A DNA stretch of 38,999 bases from a virus (IMGVR_UViG_3300037704_000239:1-38999), one strand, 5' to 3'; positions 27,480 through 38,037 are shown, counted from the first letter of the stretch. Numbers and translations: made by a program. The notes: generated by a model not told the origin, from the sequence alone.

Positions 27480-27710
27480 TTACCCCTTCGGCGGATACGG
27501 GTCTTTCCCGTAGGTGTTGCGCTCACGGATTTTGCCGTCACGACCCTTGAGCAGTGCCTCGCCCTTCGTGTCGGCGGCCCGCTGTTTTGAGTGCTTCCAG
27601 GCCTCGGCTTGGGTGTCCGTGACCTTGCTGGCGCGGTCGGCGCCCTCTCGCTTGGACTCCCACTTCCCGTCCGGGCGCTGCTGGGTCCAATAGTTCTTCT
27701 TATCCGGCAT
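27480..27710 (-). CDS. DUF2188 family protein
   Basis: 76 aa; W...REGA.RAS...TQAEA...GRDGKIRERNTYGKDPYPPKG. Confidence 0.9.
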   Translation of the reverse strand: MPDKKNYWTQQRPDGKWESKREGADRASKVTDTQAEAWKHSKQRAADTKGEALLKGRDGKIRERNTYGKDPYPPKG

Positions 27711-28986
27711 TGGTTGTCTCCTCGGCTAGGTTAGAGGGGCTTGTGGCATCAGCAGTCACCCGCCATTCGCCCGTCAGCAGCTTCTGCATCAGGCCGCGTT
27801 TCTGGCGGGTCAGGGCGTCGATTTCCGTCGTAAGGGCGTCGAGGTCGATCTGCGCCGTTCGCAGCACCTCCGCGATGGCTTTCTGTTCGGCCAACGAAGG
27901 AACCGGGAACGGCAGTTTCGAGAACTCGCTCCAGCGCAGGCTGCCGCGCCGATCCACCGAGGCGCTGGTGCTGACCTCGAAGATATGCCGGTAGAGCCCC
28001 GTCTTGAGCACGGCGAAGGCGTAGTCGGCGTCCACCTTTTCAGGCGCGAAACGGAACACGGTGTAGATCGGGCTGACGACGCCGACGTCGGTCAGGTTCT
28101 GAAGGCCGATGGAGCCTTCCTCGACATGGTTGCTGGGAAAGCCGAAGTCGCCGCGCCAGATCTTCTTGTAGCCCGACAGATCGGCGCTGAAGACCTGCTT
28201 CTTGAAGTATTCAAGCGACCGGACAAACCCGTCGTATTTCGAGCAGGACAGGACTTCATGCTGCTCCGCGTCGCCGTTTCGTTCGGAGACCTCGCGCGCC
28301 AGCTTGCCGATGGGCTTGCTGCTCCAGGTTGCGGGAAGCGTGAACCAGTGATGCGCCGTCACTTCGTCCGTGGTTCGGAAGCGGTCCAGTTGACGCGTTC
28401 CGAAGACCAGTGAGTGGGTCAGCGCGCGATGCCGACGAAGCTTCGCCGCCCGCAGCGCTTCCAGCTTCTCGATGGCCTCGTCCCATGTCCGCAGGATTTC
28501 GGCGATCTTGCGCTGTTCGGGAAGTGGAGGGAATGGAAGCTCAAGCTCTGCAAACCGCGACAATCCTAGGTGAGCAATCGAATTTGTTTTGACCGCGATT
28601 CTGGAGAACACTCCGATAGCTTGGCAGTATCGGAATAACTGGAGCGCAAAATCTGCACTTGTGTCTGGGCCAGCCCGATATCGGATCAAGGTGTTTTGAA
28701 AGCAGCAATCCTCTGGGCCATCGACAAACATCGCGCAACGACCGACCAACTCAACGCTCTGGCCTTCATTCAAGAGAATATCCTCTGCCTCGAGGCGGAA
28801 GCTTTCGATCTCATTTGGCTTGAATGCCATCGCATTGACGTCTGAGAAGTCGATGAAACCGTCGAAGACGTTTGCCACACGGAGATAAGGCACCACGCGT
28901 CCTTCGGTCATATGCGGTGAACGTTGGCGCCCGCCTCGGACGTCTCCGGTTGCCGCTACTTGCTTCATGGGGAACTTTCTATTCAT
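27700..28986 (-). CDS. hsdS: Type I R-M specificity subunit (two TRDs)
   Basis: Two conserved PPLPEQRKIAEIL / PSLAEQKAIAEVL repeats and KRGLMQKLLTG; start at 28986 or 28968. Confidence 0.93.
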   Translation of the reverse strand: MNRKFPMKQVAATGDVRGGRQRSPHMTEGRVVPYLRVANVFDGFIDFSDVNAMAFKPNEIESFRLEAEDILLNEGQSVELVGRCAMFVDGPEDCCFQNTLIRYRAGPDTSADFALQLFRYCQAIGVFSRIAVKTNSIAHLGLSRFAELELPFPPLPEQRKIAEILRTWDEAIEKLEALRAAKLRRHRALTHSLVFGTRQLDRFRTTDEVTAHHWFTLPATWSSKPIGKLAREVSERNGDAEQHEVLSCSKYDGFVRSLEYFKKQVFSADLSGYKKIWRGDFGFPSNHVEEGSIGLQNLTDVGVVSPIYTVFRFAPEKVDADYAFAVLKTGLYRHIFEVSTSASVDRRGSLRWSEFSKLPFPVPSLAEQKAIAEVLRTAQIDLDALTTEIDALTRQKRGLMQKLLTGEWRVTADATSPSNLAEETTNAG

Positions 28987-30008
28987 CCCCGCCGCCTTTC
29001 TTCCGCCCCTTGGCGCCATCGGCGATGCGCTTCAACTCCTCCAGTTCATCGGACTCGCTGGCGGCAAGCGCCTGCGCGGCCTTGCGGGCCTTGTCGAAGG
29101 CGTCGTAGCGGTCATGCGCGATGCGTTCGGCCTGTTTGGCCGACACGGACCCCGCGCCCTGCAACCGGGGCAGTTCGTTGCTGGTCAGGAAGGTGTCCAG
29201 CACGCCTTCCCAATCGGCCAGCCGCATGGTCTGGCGGCGGCTGGCCCGCAACTCGGCGGTGTTCAGGAAGGTCTCGACGATCAGGTTCAGTTCCTTGATC
29301 TCGGCCTCGCCCAGATAGTTCTTGGCGGTGCCTACGTCCGCCTTGCGCAAGGCGCGGCCCTTGCCCGCATCCTTCCAGGTGGTCAGGCCCATGTTGGGCT
29401 TGTCCGCATCGGCCCGCGCCCGGATCAACTCGCCCGCCGTGTGGCTGGTCACGGCATAGAGCATCTTGTTCTGGATCGTGGCGTAGAAGATCGGGACGGC
29501 CTGCGACTGCGCATCGTAATCCTCGCTCAGCGCGAGGATGTCGCGCACCTTCTGGTAGAATCGCGCCTCGGACGCCCGGATGTCGCGGATGCGTTCCAGA
29601 AGCTCGTCGAAGTAATCCCACTTGGGATCCTTCAGGCGATCGTCGTTCATGACGAAGCCCTTGACTAGGTATTCCTTCAGCGCCGAAGTCGCCCAGCGGC
29701 GGAACTGCGTGCCGCGCGGGCTGCGCACCCGGTAGCCGACGGCAAGGATCATTTCGAGCCGGTAGAGGTTGACCGACCGCTTCACCTGGCGGGGGCCCTC
29801 GGTTTGAACTGTCAAGTATTCCTTGACAGTTGACTCGGGGTCCAGCTCGCCCTCGGCGAGAATGTTGCGGACATGCAGGCTGACGTTCTGCTTGGAGGTC
29901 TGGAACAGTTCGGCCATCTCGATCTGACTGAGCCAGACGGTGCCATCGACGGCGCGCAACTGGATCTCGGCGGCGCCGTCCTCGGTGCTGTAGAGGATGA
30001 TTTCGCCA

Positions 30009-30016
<8 letters not shown>
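28979..30016 (-). CDS. rhuM: RhuM family protein
   Basis: TVWLSQIEMAELFQ, AVGYRVRSPRGTQFRRWA, YFDELLERIRDIRASE, AKNYL. Confidence 0.92.
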
Positions 30017-31522
<1,506 letters not shown>

Positions 31523-31526
<4 letters not shown>

Positions 31527-32128
31527 TTCGTTTTCCTTTCCTGCCCGGCGTCGGGGCGCATCCTGTTCGCTCGGTCGACGAGAATCAGGCTTGTCAATTT
31601 TCTTCTTGCTTCGGCAGCGATAAGGGACAGTTCCCGTTCCCGCTCGGCCAGGCCATCGATCGCGACGATCTTCCTCTGAGTCTCGATGTCAGGGACATCG
31701 ACCTCAAGGTCATCGAGGCTGGATCGGGGGATCATCCGGATGTTGGTCCCGCGCGCGGCGCTGTTGAAATGGCGCTGAGCCGGGGGCTGGTTGATGACCC
31801 AGGCCAGATACTCTGGCGTCACGACATCACGCTTCGGACGCAGCACCATCAGGGGCAACACCGCAAGGGCTGGCTCCTGGAGTCGTTGATCAAGAGCCGA
31901 TGCCGTGTTGCGCTCACCCCGCGAGCGGAACACCACGTCGCCGGCGCGCACGAAATACCTGTCGGCCAGGCCGTCCAGTTGAACGCGTGTGAGTCGCTCC
32001 GGATCGACGATGCCATCGGGCGAAATGTCCCGCAGCTGAATCGCGAGCACACCCCCTGCCGTCGCCGGCTCCAGTCTGCCACGAGCGGTATAGCCGGTAT
32101 GGATGGTACAGGCGTCAACGAGGCGCAT
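31523..32128 (-). CDS. Half-size HsdS-like protein (single TRD)
   Basis: GDVVFRSRG, PEYLAWVIN, VPDIETQRKIV plus coiled tail; GAGGG RBS; first gene of the operon. Confidence 0.8.
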
Positions 32129-32136
32129 CGAAATCC

Positions 32137-32217
32137 CTCTGTAATTTTCGCTACAGAGAGTAGGTGCGCGCAAGCTGCCTGTCAATGGTCATTTTCTCTG
32201 TAGAGTATGCTACTGCA
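32137..32217 (-). promoter_or_regulatory. Sigma70 promoter of the R-M operon (TTGACA-17-TACTCT) flanked by two CTCTGTA-N8-TACWG boxes
   Basis: -35 at 32185-32180, -10 at 32162-32157; boxes at 32137-32158 (perfect inverted repeat) and 32196-32215. Confidence 0.7.
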
Positions 32218-32239
32218 TTAATAGGCTTGGTAGCAGATT

Positions 32240-32445
32240 TGGGCGTGCCGGGAGCTGAACTGCCCGCTCAACCGGCACGCCCATCCCGCAACATGGCTGG
32301 TCAGCGCCAGCCATGCGGCCGGCGAAAACTCGAGCCGGCCTGGTGGGCTCCGAGCGGGTTCGCCGCCATCCCCACCGCCGCGCTCGATCCGCCCCACAGT
32401 GCGGCGTCTCCCGCGGTCCCCGCGCTTATCGGGTCCGGGTCCCCA
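32240..32445. ncRNA. Candidate structured RNA or cis element: run of about six consecutive hairpins
   Basis: Perfect stems of 12 bp (32240-32283), 9 bp (32292-32315) and 7 bp (32317-32340), plus shorter stems to 32424. Confidence 0.45.
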
Positions 32446-32449
32446 TCGC

Positions 32450-33373
32450 TCACTCCGCCGCGCTGGTCACGGGCACGAGACTCTCGATCTCCGCGACGGA
32501 CTGAAATTCCGAGAGATATTCCTGGCGATGCCGCGTGAGCCAACGCACGACCCGGGCATTGCCCAGGAGTTTTCGCACATATCCCCTGGCGACCGTCAGA
32601 TGCAGGTTGTCGATCCCGTAGGTTTCCTCGACCGACTTGACCTGCGCCTGGAGGCTCGCGAGTTCCCGCTCCATCCGTGCGATCTGATCGGAGGTGATCG
32701 CGCGTTCGCCGGTCCGCTTCTTCTTGCGCGGATCGACGAGCATGGCGTCCGGGGTTGCCGCCAGCATCGCTTTCGCAAATCCGGCGGTGAAATTGTTCTG
32801 TCCGATCATCAGTTCGGCCGCTTCGACCTGGCGCATCGGCGCCATGCGCCGCAGCACGTCGAAACTCGCCGCCGGGCAAGGTGCGTCCTTCAGGATCTCG
32901 GCCGCGTCGGCGCAGATGCCGTCGAGCAGGCGCGTGCGCGTCCGGATCGTCTGCACATTGACGCCGAGGGCTTCGGCGATCGCTTCTTCCGGCACGCCGC
33001 GATCGATGGCGCGCAGGAGCATCCGGTGCTGCTGGATCGGGGGAAGTGGGTTGATCCGCTTGTTGTAGGTATAGGTCTCGTCGACGGTGGCGATGAGGCA
33101 TTCGACCTCGGCGATCCCGAGATCCTTGAGCGCTTCGACCCGCAGGTGGCCGTCGAGCAGGAAATACCGGTCCGGCTGCTTGGGGTCGGGGATCACCGCT
33201 GGCGGCTCGATGATGCCGACGGCGCGCACCGAGGTGAGAATCTGGCCGTACTTGTTGCTGTCCCTGGTGCCCGGCCGCAGGACCTTGAGCGGGGCAATCA
33301 GGTTCAGGGCGATGACGATGGTCTCGCGCTCGAAGGCGAGCGCGACACGCCTGTGCGTCTCGGTGTCGGTCAT
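32450..33373 (-). CDS. ParB/RepB-like protein 2
   Basis: VGIIEPP, LLDGHLRVEAL ParB/Srx motif, HTH (PEEAIAEALGVNVQTI), C-terminal YGIDNLHLTVARGY; ATGA overlap. Confidence 0.88.
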   Translation of the reverse strand: MTDTETHRRVALAFERETIVIALNLIAPLKVLRPGTRDSNKYGQILTSVRAVGIIEPPAVIPDPKQPDRYFLLDGHLRVEALKDLGIAEVECLIATVDETYTYNKRINPLPPIQQHRMLLRAIDRGVPEEAIAEALGVNVQTIRTRTRLLDGICADAAEILKDAPCPAASFDVLRRMAPMRQVEAAELMIGQNNFTAGFAKAMLAATPDAMLVDPRKKKRTGERAITSDQIARMERELASLQAQVKSVEETYGIDNLHLTVARGYVRKLLGNARVVRWLTRHRQEYLSEFQSVAEIESLVPVTSAAE

Positions 33374-34269
33374 CGGGCGGCCTTCCCTTCGATGCGGGCC
33401 GCGAGCGCTCGCGGCATGGTGTCGAGCCGCTCGGCCCGCAGGAGCGTGGTGAAGCTTTCCTCGGCGAGCAGATCCCGCAGCGCCTCGACGATGAACAGGA
33501 GCCGCACCTGGGTGAATTCGGCCTTGCGGGCGAGGAGCCGCTGCTTGTCGGCTTGGCACTGAAGGACGCGCAGAAGATCGTCTGCGCTCAGGCGCCGGGA
33601 GTGGGATTTGCGGCCGAGCTTGAGGCCCTTGAGCCCTCTGCGCTGCCGCAGGCGCAGGTCGAGCAGGCGGCGGATCGAGGCGATCTTCTTGCCTTTGATC
33701 TTGCCGCTCTCATAGGCCTCCATCAGGATCGCCTGCGCTTCCTCGCTCTCGGCCATGGCAATCTCGACCGCCATGGCAATGGGAATGAGGCCCGTCTCCA
33801 CCGCCGAGACGAGCCGCTCCTCGCCCCGCTCCAGCAGCACGAGCACGTGGTGGACCCAGCTGCGCGAGCAGCCGATCTTTTCGGCGATCTCGGCGTCGCC
33901 ATAGCCGCGTTTGGCGAGGCTGCCGATCTCGGCCATGAGATCGATCGGCCGGTGCGGCCGCCGCGCGATGTTCTCGACGAGGCTCTTCACCAGGCAGTCC
34001 GGTTCGGGGGCGTCGATGACAATGGCCGGGATCTCGCGCTCGCCCAGCATGCGGAACGCCTCGAGCCGTCCTTCCCCGCAGACGAGATCGTAACGCACCG
34101 CCTCTCCCGACTGGCGGCGACTGACGGTGATCGGACGCTTGAGACCGACGGTGGCGATGTTGTCGACGATCTCACGGTGCTGGCGCCGGTCGCGGGCGCG
34201 GGGGTTGAGCACATGGATGGCGTCGACCGGGATCATTTCGATGGTGTGGGTTTGGGGCGCATTCTCCAT
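33370..34269 (-). CDS. ParB/RepB/Spo0J-like protein 1
   Basis: NPR, VGLKRPITV, LVCGEGRLEAF, SLVENIAR, HTH. Confidence 0.9.
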   Translation of the reverse strand: MENAPQTHTIEMIPVDAIHVLNPRARDRRQHREIVDNIATVGLKRPITVSRRQSGEAVRYDLVCGEGRLEAFRMLGEREIPAIVIDAPEPDCLVKSLVENIARRPHRPIDLMAEIGSLAKRGYGDAEIAEKIGCSRSWVHHVLVLLERGEERLVSAVETGLIPIAMAVEIAMAESEEAQAILMEAYESGKIKGKKIASIRRLLDLRLRQRRGLKGLKLGRKSHSRRLSADDLLRVLQCQADKQRLLARKAEFTQVRLLFIVEALRDLLAEESFTTLLRAERLDTMPRALAARIEGKAAR

Positions 34270-35840
34270 CAGGCTGCCTCCCTGATGCGGACGGGTGCCG
34301 CGAGGTCATGGAGAAGATCGAGCGTCTCGAAGCGATAGGCGTCGAGCGAAAGGCCATTGTCCTCGGCGAGCCGGAGCCGATCGCCCGCCCGGTCGATGCA
34401 TGGAAAGAGATAATAGTCGAGCGGGCGGGCGTTGCCCGCGTCCATGCGGACGGCAACGGTGATGTCGGGGGCCAGCCCCGTGTCGAAGCGCAGCCGCCAG
34501 CGCAGGGCGCCGGTCGGGGTCTCCTTGCAGCGGGCGATGACGACGGAGAGCGAGAACTCGCCGTTCACCACGAGGAGATCGGTTTCGGGCTCGGGCTCTA
34601 CCGCTGCGCCCACCGCCTCGAGCCCCGCGACGATCTCGGCGACCATGTCCGGGTGCAGACGGCGCAGCGCCCGATTGATCTCGATATAGCGGTAGTCGCG
34701 CCGCGGCGTGTAGCCGACGAGGCGGTAGGCGCGGATCAGGCTGCCGAAGCGGTGGCTGTAGGCGCCGCTCGATGGCATGTCCTCGCATTCGTCGATGACC
34801 AGCCCGGAGAGATATCCCTGGCGCGCGAACAGCCGCCGGAGCCGCGCCAGCATGTCTTCATCGCTGAAGCGCCGGTTGCGTTCCCGGATCATGCCCTCGG
34901 CGGTGAAGAATTGCTGCGGCGCGACGATCCCCTCGAAGGCGCCGTCGGCCCGGATCCAGGCTTCGGGCGGATTGACGACGCGCTTGGCCTTCAGCTTGAA
35001 GGAGCGGTGGTTCCAGACATTGTTGCCGATGTACTTCTCGTTGGTCAGCAGCTGGTGCACCGAGCCGCGGGTCCAGGGCCGGCCGCGGTCGGTTGCGATG
35101 CCGCGCGCATTCAGGGCGGCGGCGATCTCGCTTTCCCGCCTGCCCTCTCCGACGAAGGCCCGGAACATCCAGCGCACCGTCTCGACCTCCTGCGCGGGGC
35201 CGGGCACCAGGATCACCCGGTCGGTCTGCAGGCTCTTGCGCTCGCCGACACCGAGGCACCCCTGCGGTTCGCCCTTGTCGTTGAGGCGCATCCGGCGCAG
35301 GCCATAGCCGGCCGGTCCACCCTGCCGGAAGCCTTCCTCGATCAGCCGGCCCTGGCCGTTGAACACCTTGACGGACAGCTCCCGGCTGTATTCGCCGGCC
35401 ATCCCGCGCTTCACCGCCTTGATGATTGCCGACAGCGGGCTGCCGTCGTTCTCGAACGGCTCGGCGCAATAGGCGACCGCCTTGCCGGCATCCCGGCAGA
35501 TATACTCGTAATGGCCGCTCTCGTCGGCGTCCTGGAAGCGCCCCCAGCGGCTGACGTCGTAGACGAGGATCGCGTCGAAATCGGCGGTACCGCTTTCGAC
35601 ATCCTCGATCAGGCGCGAAAGCGCGTCCCGGCCGGCGAGCACCAGTCCGCTCCTGCCTTCGTCGGCATAGGTGCGCACGATCGCCATGCCATGGGCGGCC
35701 GCGTACTGGCGGATGACATTCATCTGGTTGTCTGTCGAGTACTGCTGATGCTCGGTCGACATGCGCACGTACTGGGCGGCGCGGACGGGGGCAACGCCTG
35801 CCTCGGTCCGGCGGTGATCGCCGCGGTCGTCTCCTTCCAT
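34269..35840 (-). CDS. Large serine recombinase
   Basis: YVRMST catalytic Ser, YADEGRSG, DVSRWGR, recombinase domain LTNEKYIG; alternative TTG start at 35843. Confidence 0.93.
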   Translation of the reverse strand: MEGDDRGDHRRTEAGVAPVRAAQYVRMSTEHQQYSTDNQMNVIRQYAAAHGMAIVRTYADEGRSGLVLAGRDALSRLIEDVESGTADFDAILVYDVSRWGRFQDADESGHYEYICRDAGKAVAYCAEPFENDGSPLSAIIKAVKRGMAGEYSRELSVKVFNGQGRLIEEGFRQGGPAGYGLRRMRLNDKGEPQGCLGVGERKSLQTDRVILVPGPAQEVETVRWMFRAFVGEGRRESEIAAALNARGIATDRGRPWTRGSVHQLLTNEKYIGNNVWNHRSFKLKAKRVVNPPEAWIRADGAFEGIVAPQQFFTAEGMIRERNRRFSDEDMLARLRRLFARQGYLSGLVIDECEDMPSSGAYSHRFGSLIRAYRLVGYTPRRDYRYIEINRALRRLHPDMVAEIVAGLEAVGAAVEPEPETDLLVVNGEFSLSVVIARCKETPTGALRWRLRFDTGLAPDITVAVRMDAGNARPLDYYLFPCIDRAGDRLRLAEDNGLSLDAYRFETLDLLHDLAAPVRIREAA

Positions 35841-35972
35841 CAACAGGCCCGCTCCTTCAGCGCCAGGGCCTAAGACCCTGCAGTGACGCGAACGACCGCA
35901 CGGGCGCCTGCGCCGGCCGCGGCTGCTCCTGCGCTCCTCGCATTCCCATTATAGCTGCGGAGGGCCGGAAAC

Positions 35973-36653
35973 ATGTTACCGAAAACGGGCAAGAAGTTTC
36001 CGGGCGGAAACGACCCGGAAAACGACGGCGAGAGCTACGCGGCGATCGTCGCCAGGGCCCTCACCGCGGAGCTTGGCGAAACCCACAGAGCCGCGAAAAT
36101 CGTGATGCGCTGGACCGGCGCCAGCGAGCGTACCGCCAAGCACTGGCTCGCCGGGACGCACGGTCCATGCGGCGATCATCTGCTTGTTTTGATGCGGGAA
36201 TCCAGGGCCGTTCTCGAGTCGGTTCTGGCAGCCGCGGGCCGTCGTGACGCGGCCGTCGCAATGCGCATGCTGGCGGCGCAGAGCACCATGATGAATGTCG
36301 CCACGCTGATCGAACAAGAGCGCATGGCCCTCCCCTCGGCTGGCTCGCTGGCTGCCAGAGCGAAGAAACCCGCGACCCTCAGCGGCCAGAATGACCCTAA
36401 AAATGACCGTAATCGTGACCCTGATCATGACCGTGAAACCTCCCGTTCGAGCGCCGGGATGAACTCGCGCCAGAGCTGGTTTCTCGAGGCGCTGCGGTCG
36501 GGCCGCCAGGTCGGGGTGGCGGAGTTGGAAGAGCGTTGGGGCATCTCGAAGAAGACGGCGCGGCGGGACATTGCCGCGCTCATGGCGAGAGGCGTGATCG
36601 AATTCGTCGGTTCCCGCCGGTCGGGAACCTATCGGCTGATCCCACGCCAATGA
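35973..36653 (+). CDS. Divergent regulator with N-terminal XRE-like HTH and C-terminal winged HTH
   Basis: AAKIVMRWTGASERTAKHWLAG; C-terminal WGISKKTARRDIAALMARGVIEFVG. Confidence 0.72.
   Translation: MLPKTGKKFPGGNDPENDGESYAAIVARALTAELGETHRAAKIVMRWTGASERTAKHWLAGTHGPCGDHLLVLMRESRAVLESVLAAAGRRDAAVAMRMLAAQSTMMNVATLIEQERMALPSAGSLAARAKKPATLSGQNDPKNDRNRDPDHDRETSRSSAGMNSRQSWFLEALRSGRQVGVAELEERWGISKKTARRDIAALMARGVIEFVGSRRSGTYRLIPRQ
36390..36437 (+). repeat. Four 12-bp tandem repeats (core TGACCST) in the HTH gene linker
   Basis: aatgaccctaaa / aatgaccgtaat / cgtgaccctgat / catgaccgtgaa. Confidence 0.7.
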
Positions 36654-36711
36654 ACCCGAGCCACATGCGGCTGCACCTTGGCGCTGCCCCCGAAAAACGC
36701 CACTTGCGCAT

Positions 36712-36730
36712 TGTAAGCAGTTCGCTTACA
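36712..36730. promoter_or_regulatory. Probable HigA operator TGTAAGC-N5-GCTTACA
   Basis: Perfect 7-bp inverted repeat just upstream of the higB start. Confidence 0.65.
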
Positions 36731-36739
36731 TGTGGCGGG

Positions 36740-37014
36740 GTGATCAAGTCGTTCAAGCATAAGCAGCTGCGTGCGCTGTGGGAAACCGGGAAGTCCGTCT
36801 CGATGCAAGGTTCCAGGCACGTATTCTGCGAAGGCTGGACGCTTTGGACGCAGCAACCAGACCGGAGGACATGAACCTCCCCGGTTTCGATTTTCACCCG
36901 CTCCAAGGGTTCAACCCGCCGCGCTACACAGTGCATGTCAATGGCCCATGGTGCATCACGTTCGAATTCCACGAGGGCGATGCCCACGTGATCGACTTCG
37001 AGCAGTACCACTAG
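36740..37014 (+). pseudogene. higB: HigB (RelE/ParE family) toxin, frameshifted
   Basis: MIKSFKHKQLRALWETGKS in one frame and RLDARFQ...FHPLQG...VNGPWCITFEF...QYH in the -1 frame; one base missing near 36795. Confidence 0.85.
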
Positions 37015-37023
37015 GAGGACACC

Positions 37024-37323
37024 ATGGTTAGCCGTAATCGTCACCGGTGCCCGTCCCATCCCGGCGAGCTGCTGCGCGAGGACATCATCCCGGCGATCAA
37101 TCGGTCCAAGACCGAAGTTGCGCAGCTTCTTGGGATCTCGCGACAGCACCTCTACGATATTCTCAGAGAGAGGAAGCCTGTGAGTCCGGAAGTTGCTGTA
37201 CGGCTCGCCAAGATGTTTCGTACGGAGCCTCTGTTCTGGGTGCGGATGCAGGGGGCGTATGATGCCTGGCATGCCCAGCGCGAAGTAGATGTCTCCGCTG
37301 TCCCAGAACTGACGGCGGCGTGA
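37024..37323 (+). CDS. higA: HigA antitoxin (XRE HTH)
   Basis: HPGELLREDI, VAQLLGISRQHL, FWVRMQGAYD; AGGAGG RBS. Confidence 0.93.
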   Translation: MVSRNRHRCPSHPGELLREDIIPAINRSKTEVAQLLGISRQHLYDILRERKPVSPEVAVRLAKMFRTEPLFWVRMQGAYDAWHAQREVDVSAVPELTAA

Positions 37324-37469
37324 TGGACGGGAGCGACTGGGAAAAGCCCGAGCGCGAAAGATTTGAGCTGCTCAAGGCCGAGCTGACCGCCGCCTTCAGG
37401 GCACCGGAGGTGTCCTATTCGGCCTATCTCGGGCTGTTGGACAAGGGGACCGAACCGCTGCCGACATGA
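37323..37469 (+). pseudogene. Short ORF resembling the C-terminus of a ParD/RHH-type antitoxin
   Basis: TGATG overlap; ERERFELLKAELTAAFRAPEVSY matches a recalled antitoxin C-terminal pattern; N-terminal RHH is missing. Confidence 0.4.
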
Positions 37470-38037
37470 TCACGCACGCGCCCCGAGGCGCGGCGGCGCG
37501 GCAAGGGCGACATCGGCATCGTGACGATCCTGCGCGAGCGGATGCATCAGATCGATCGCTTCCGGGAGGATTTCAGATTGTGACGGAGCGCCCTGCCGCA
37601 CCAGCCAAAATCTGCGAAGTCGCTGTTTTCGTTCAGTTTCGCGCGGGTGTCATACCGCTGCGCAGCTTCACCCGGAGAGAGTTGGGCGCCTGTGTCATTC
37701 CCTCCGCCACATGGCTGCGTTAACATTCGGATTTTGTTTCGCATTTTTCAATATCTGATCTATGCTTCCGCCGAAATTTCCCCAGCGCGCACCGGATGCA
37801 CCGGGAACCCGGCGGATCGTCCCGGAAGTGGGGGCTGTACTGCTGCTTCCACTAGCTCCCCAGGTTCAGCCGGAAAAGGCGGGTGCACGGCTTTGCGGGC
37901 GCGATCAGTGTTGCGCTGGCGCAGGCCACGCCTTCATGGCAGCACCTCCGAGCACTTCGCAGCGGGACAGTATTGACTCCTCCGGCCAGCTCGGACGCTC
38001 GATGAACGCCGCGGTTATCCCGTCACACCCGCCCGGC

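Noticed and set aside
32139-32156. CTGT...ACAG as a LexA box
   Set aside because: The spacer is 10 bp rather than 8, and alphaproteobacterial LexA recognises GTTC-N7-GTTC
36785-36800. Programmed frameshift restoring HigB
   Set aside because: No in-frame X XXY YYZ heptamer; a 1-bp deletion or sequencing error is simpler
37470-38037. att site, tRNA or small ORFs at the presumed element boundary
   Set aside because: No tRNA fold or convincing ORF was seen, and the other prophage end is outside the window, so no direct repeat can be tested
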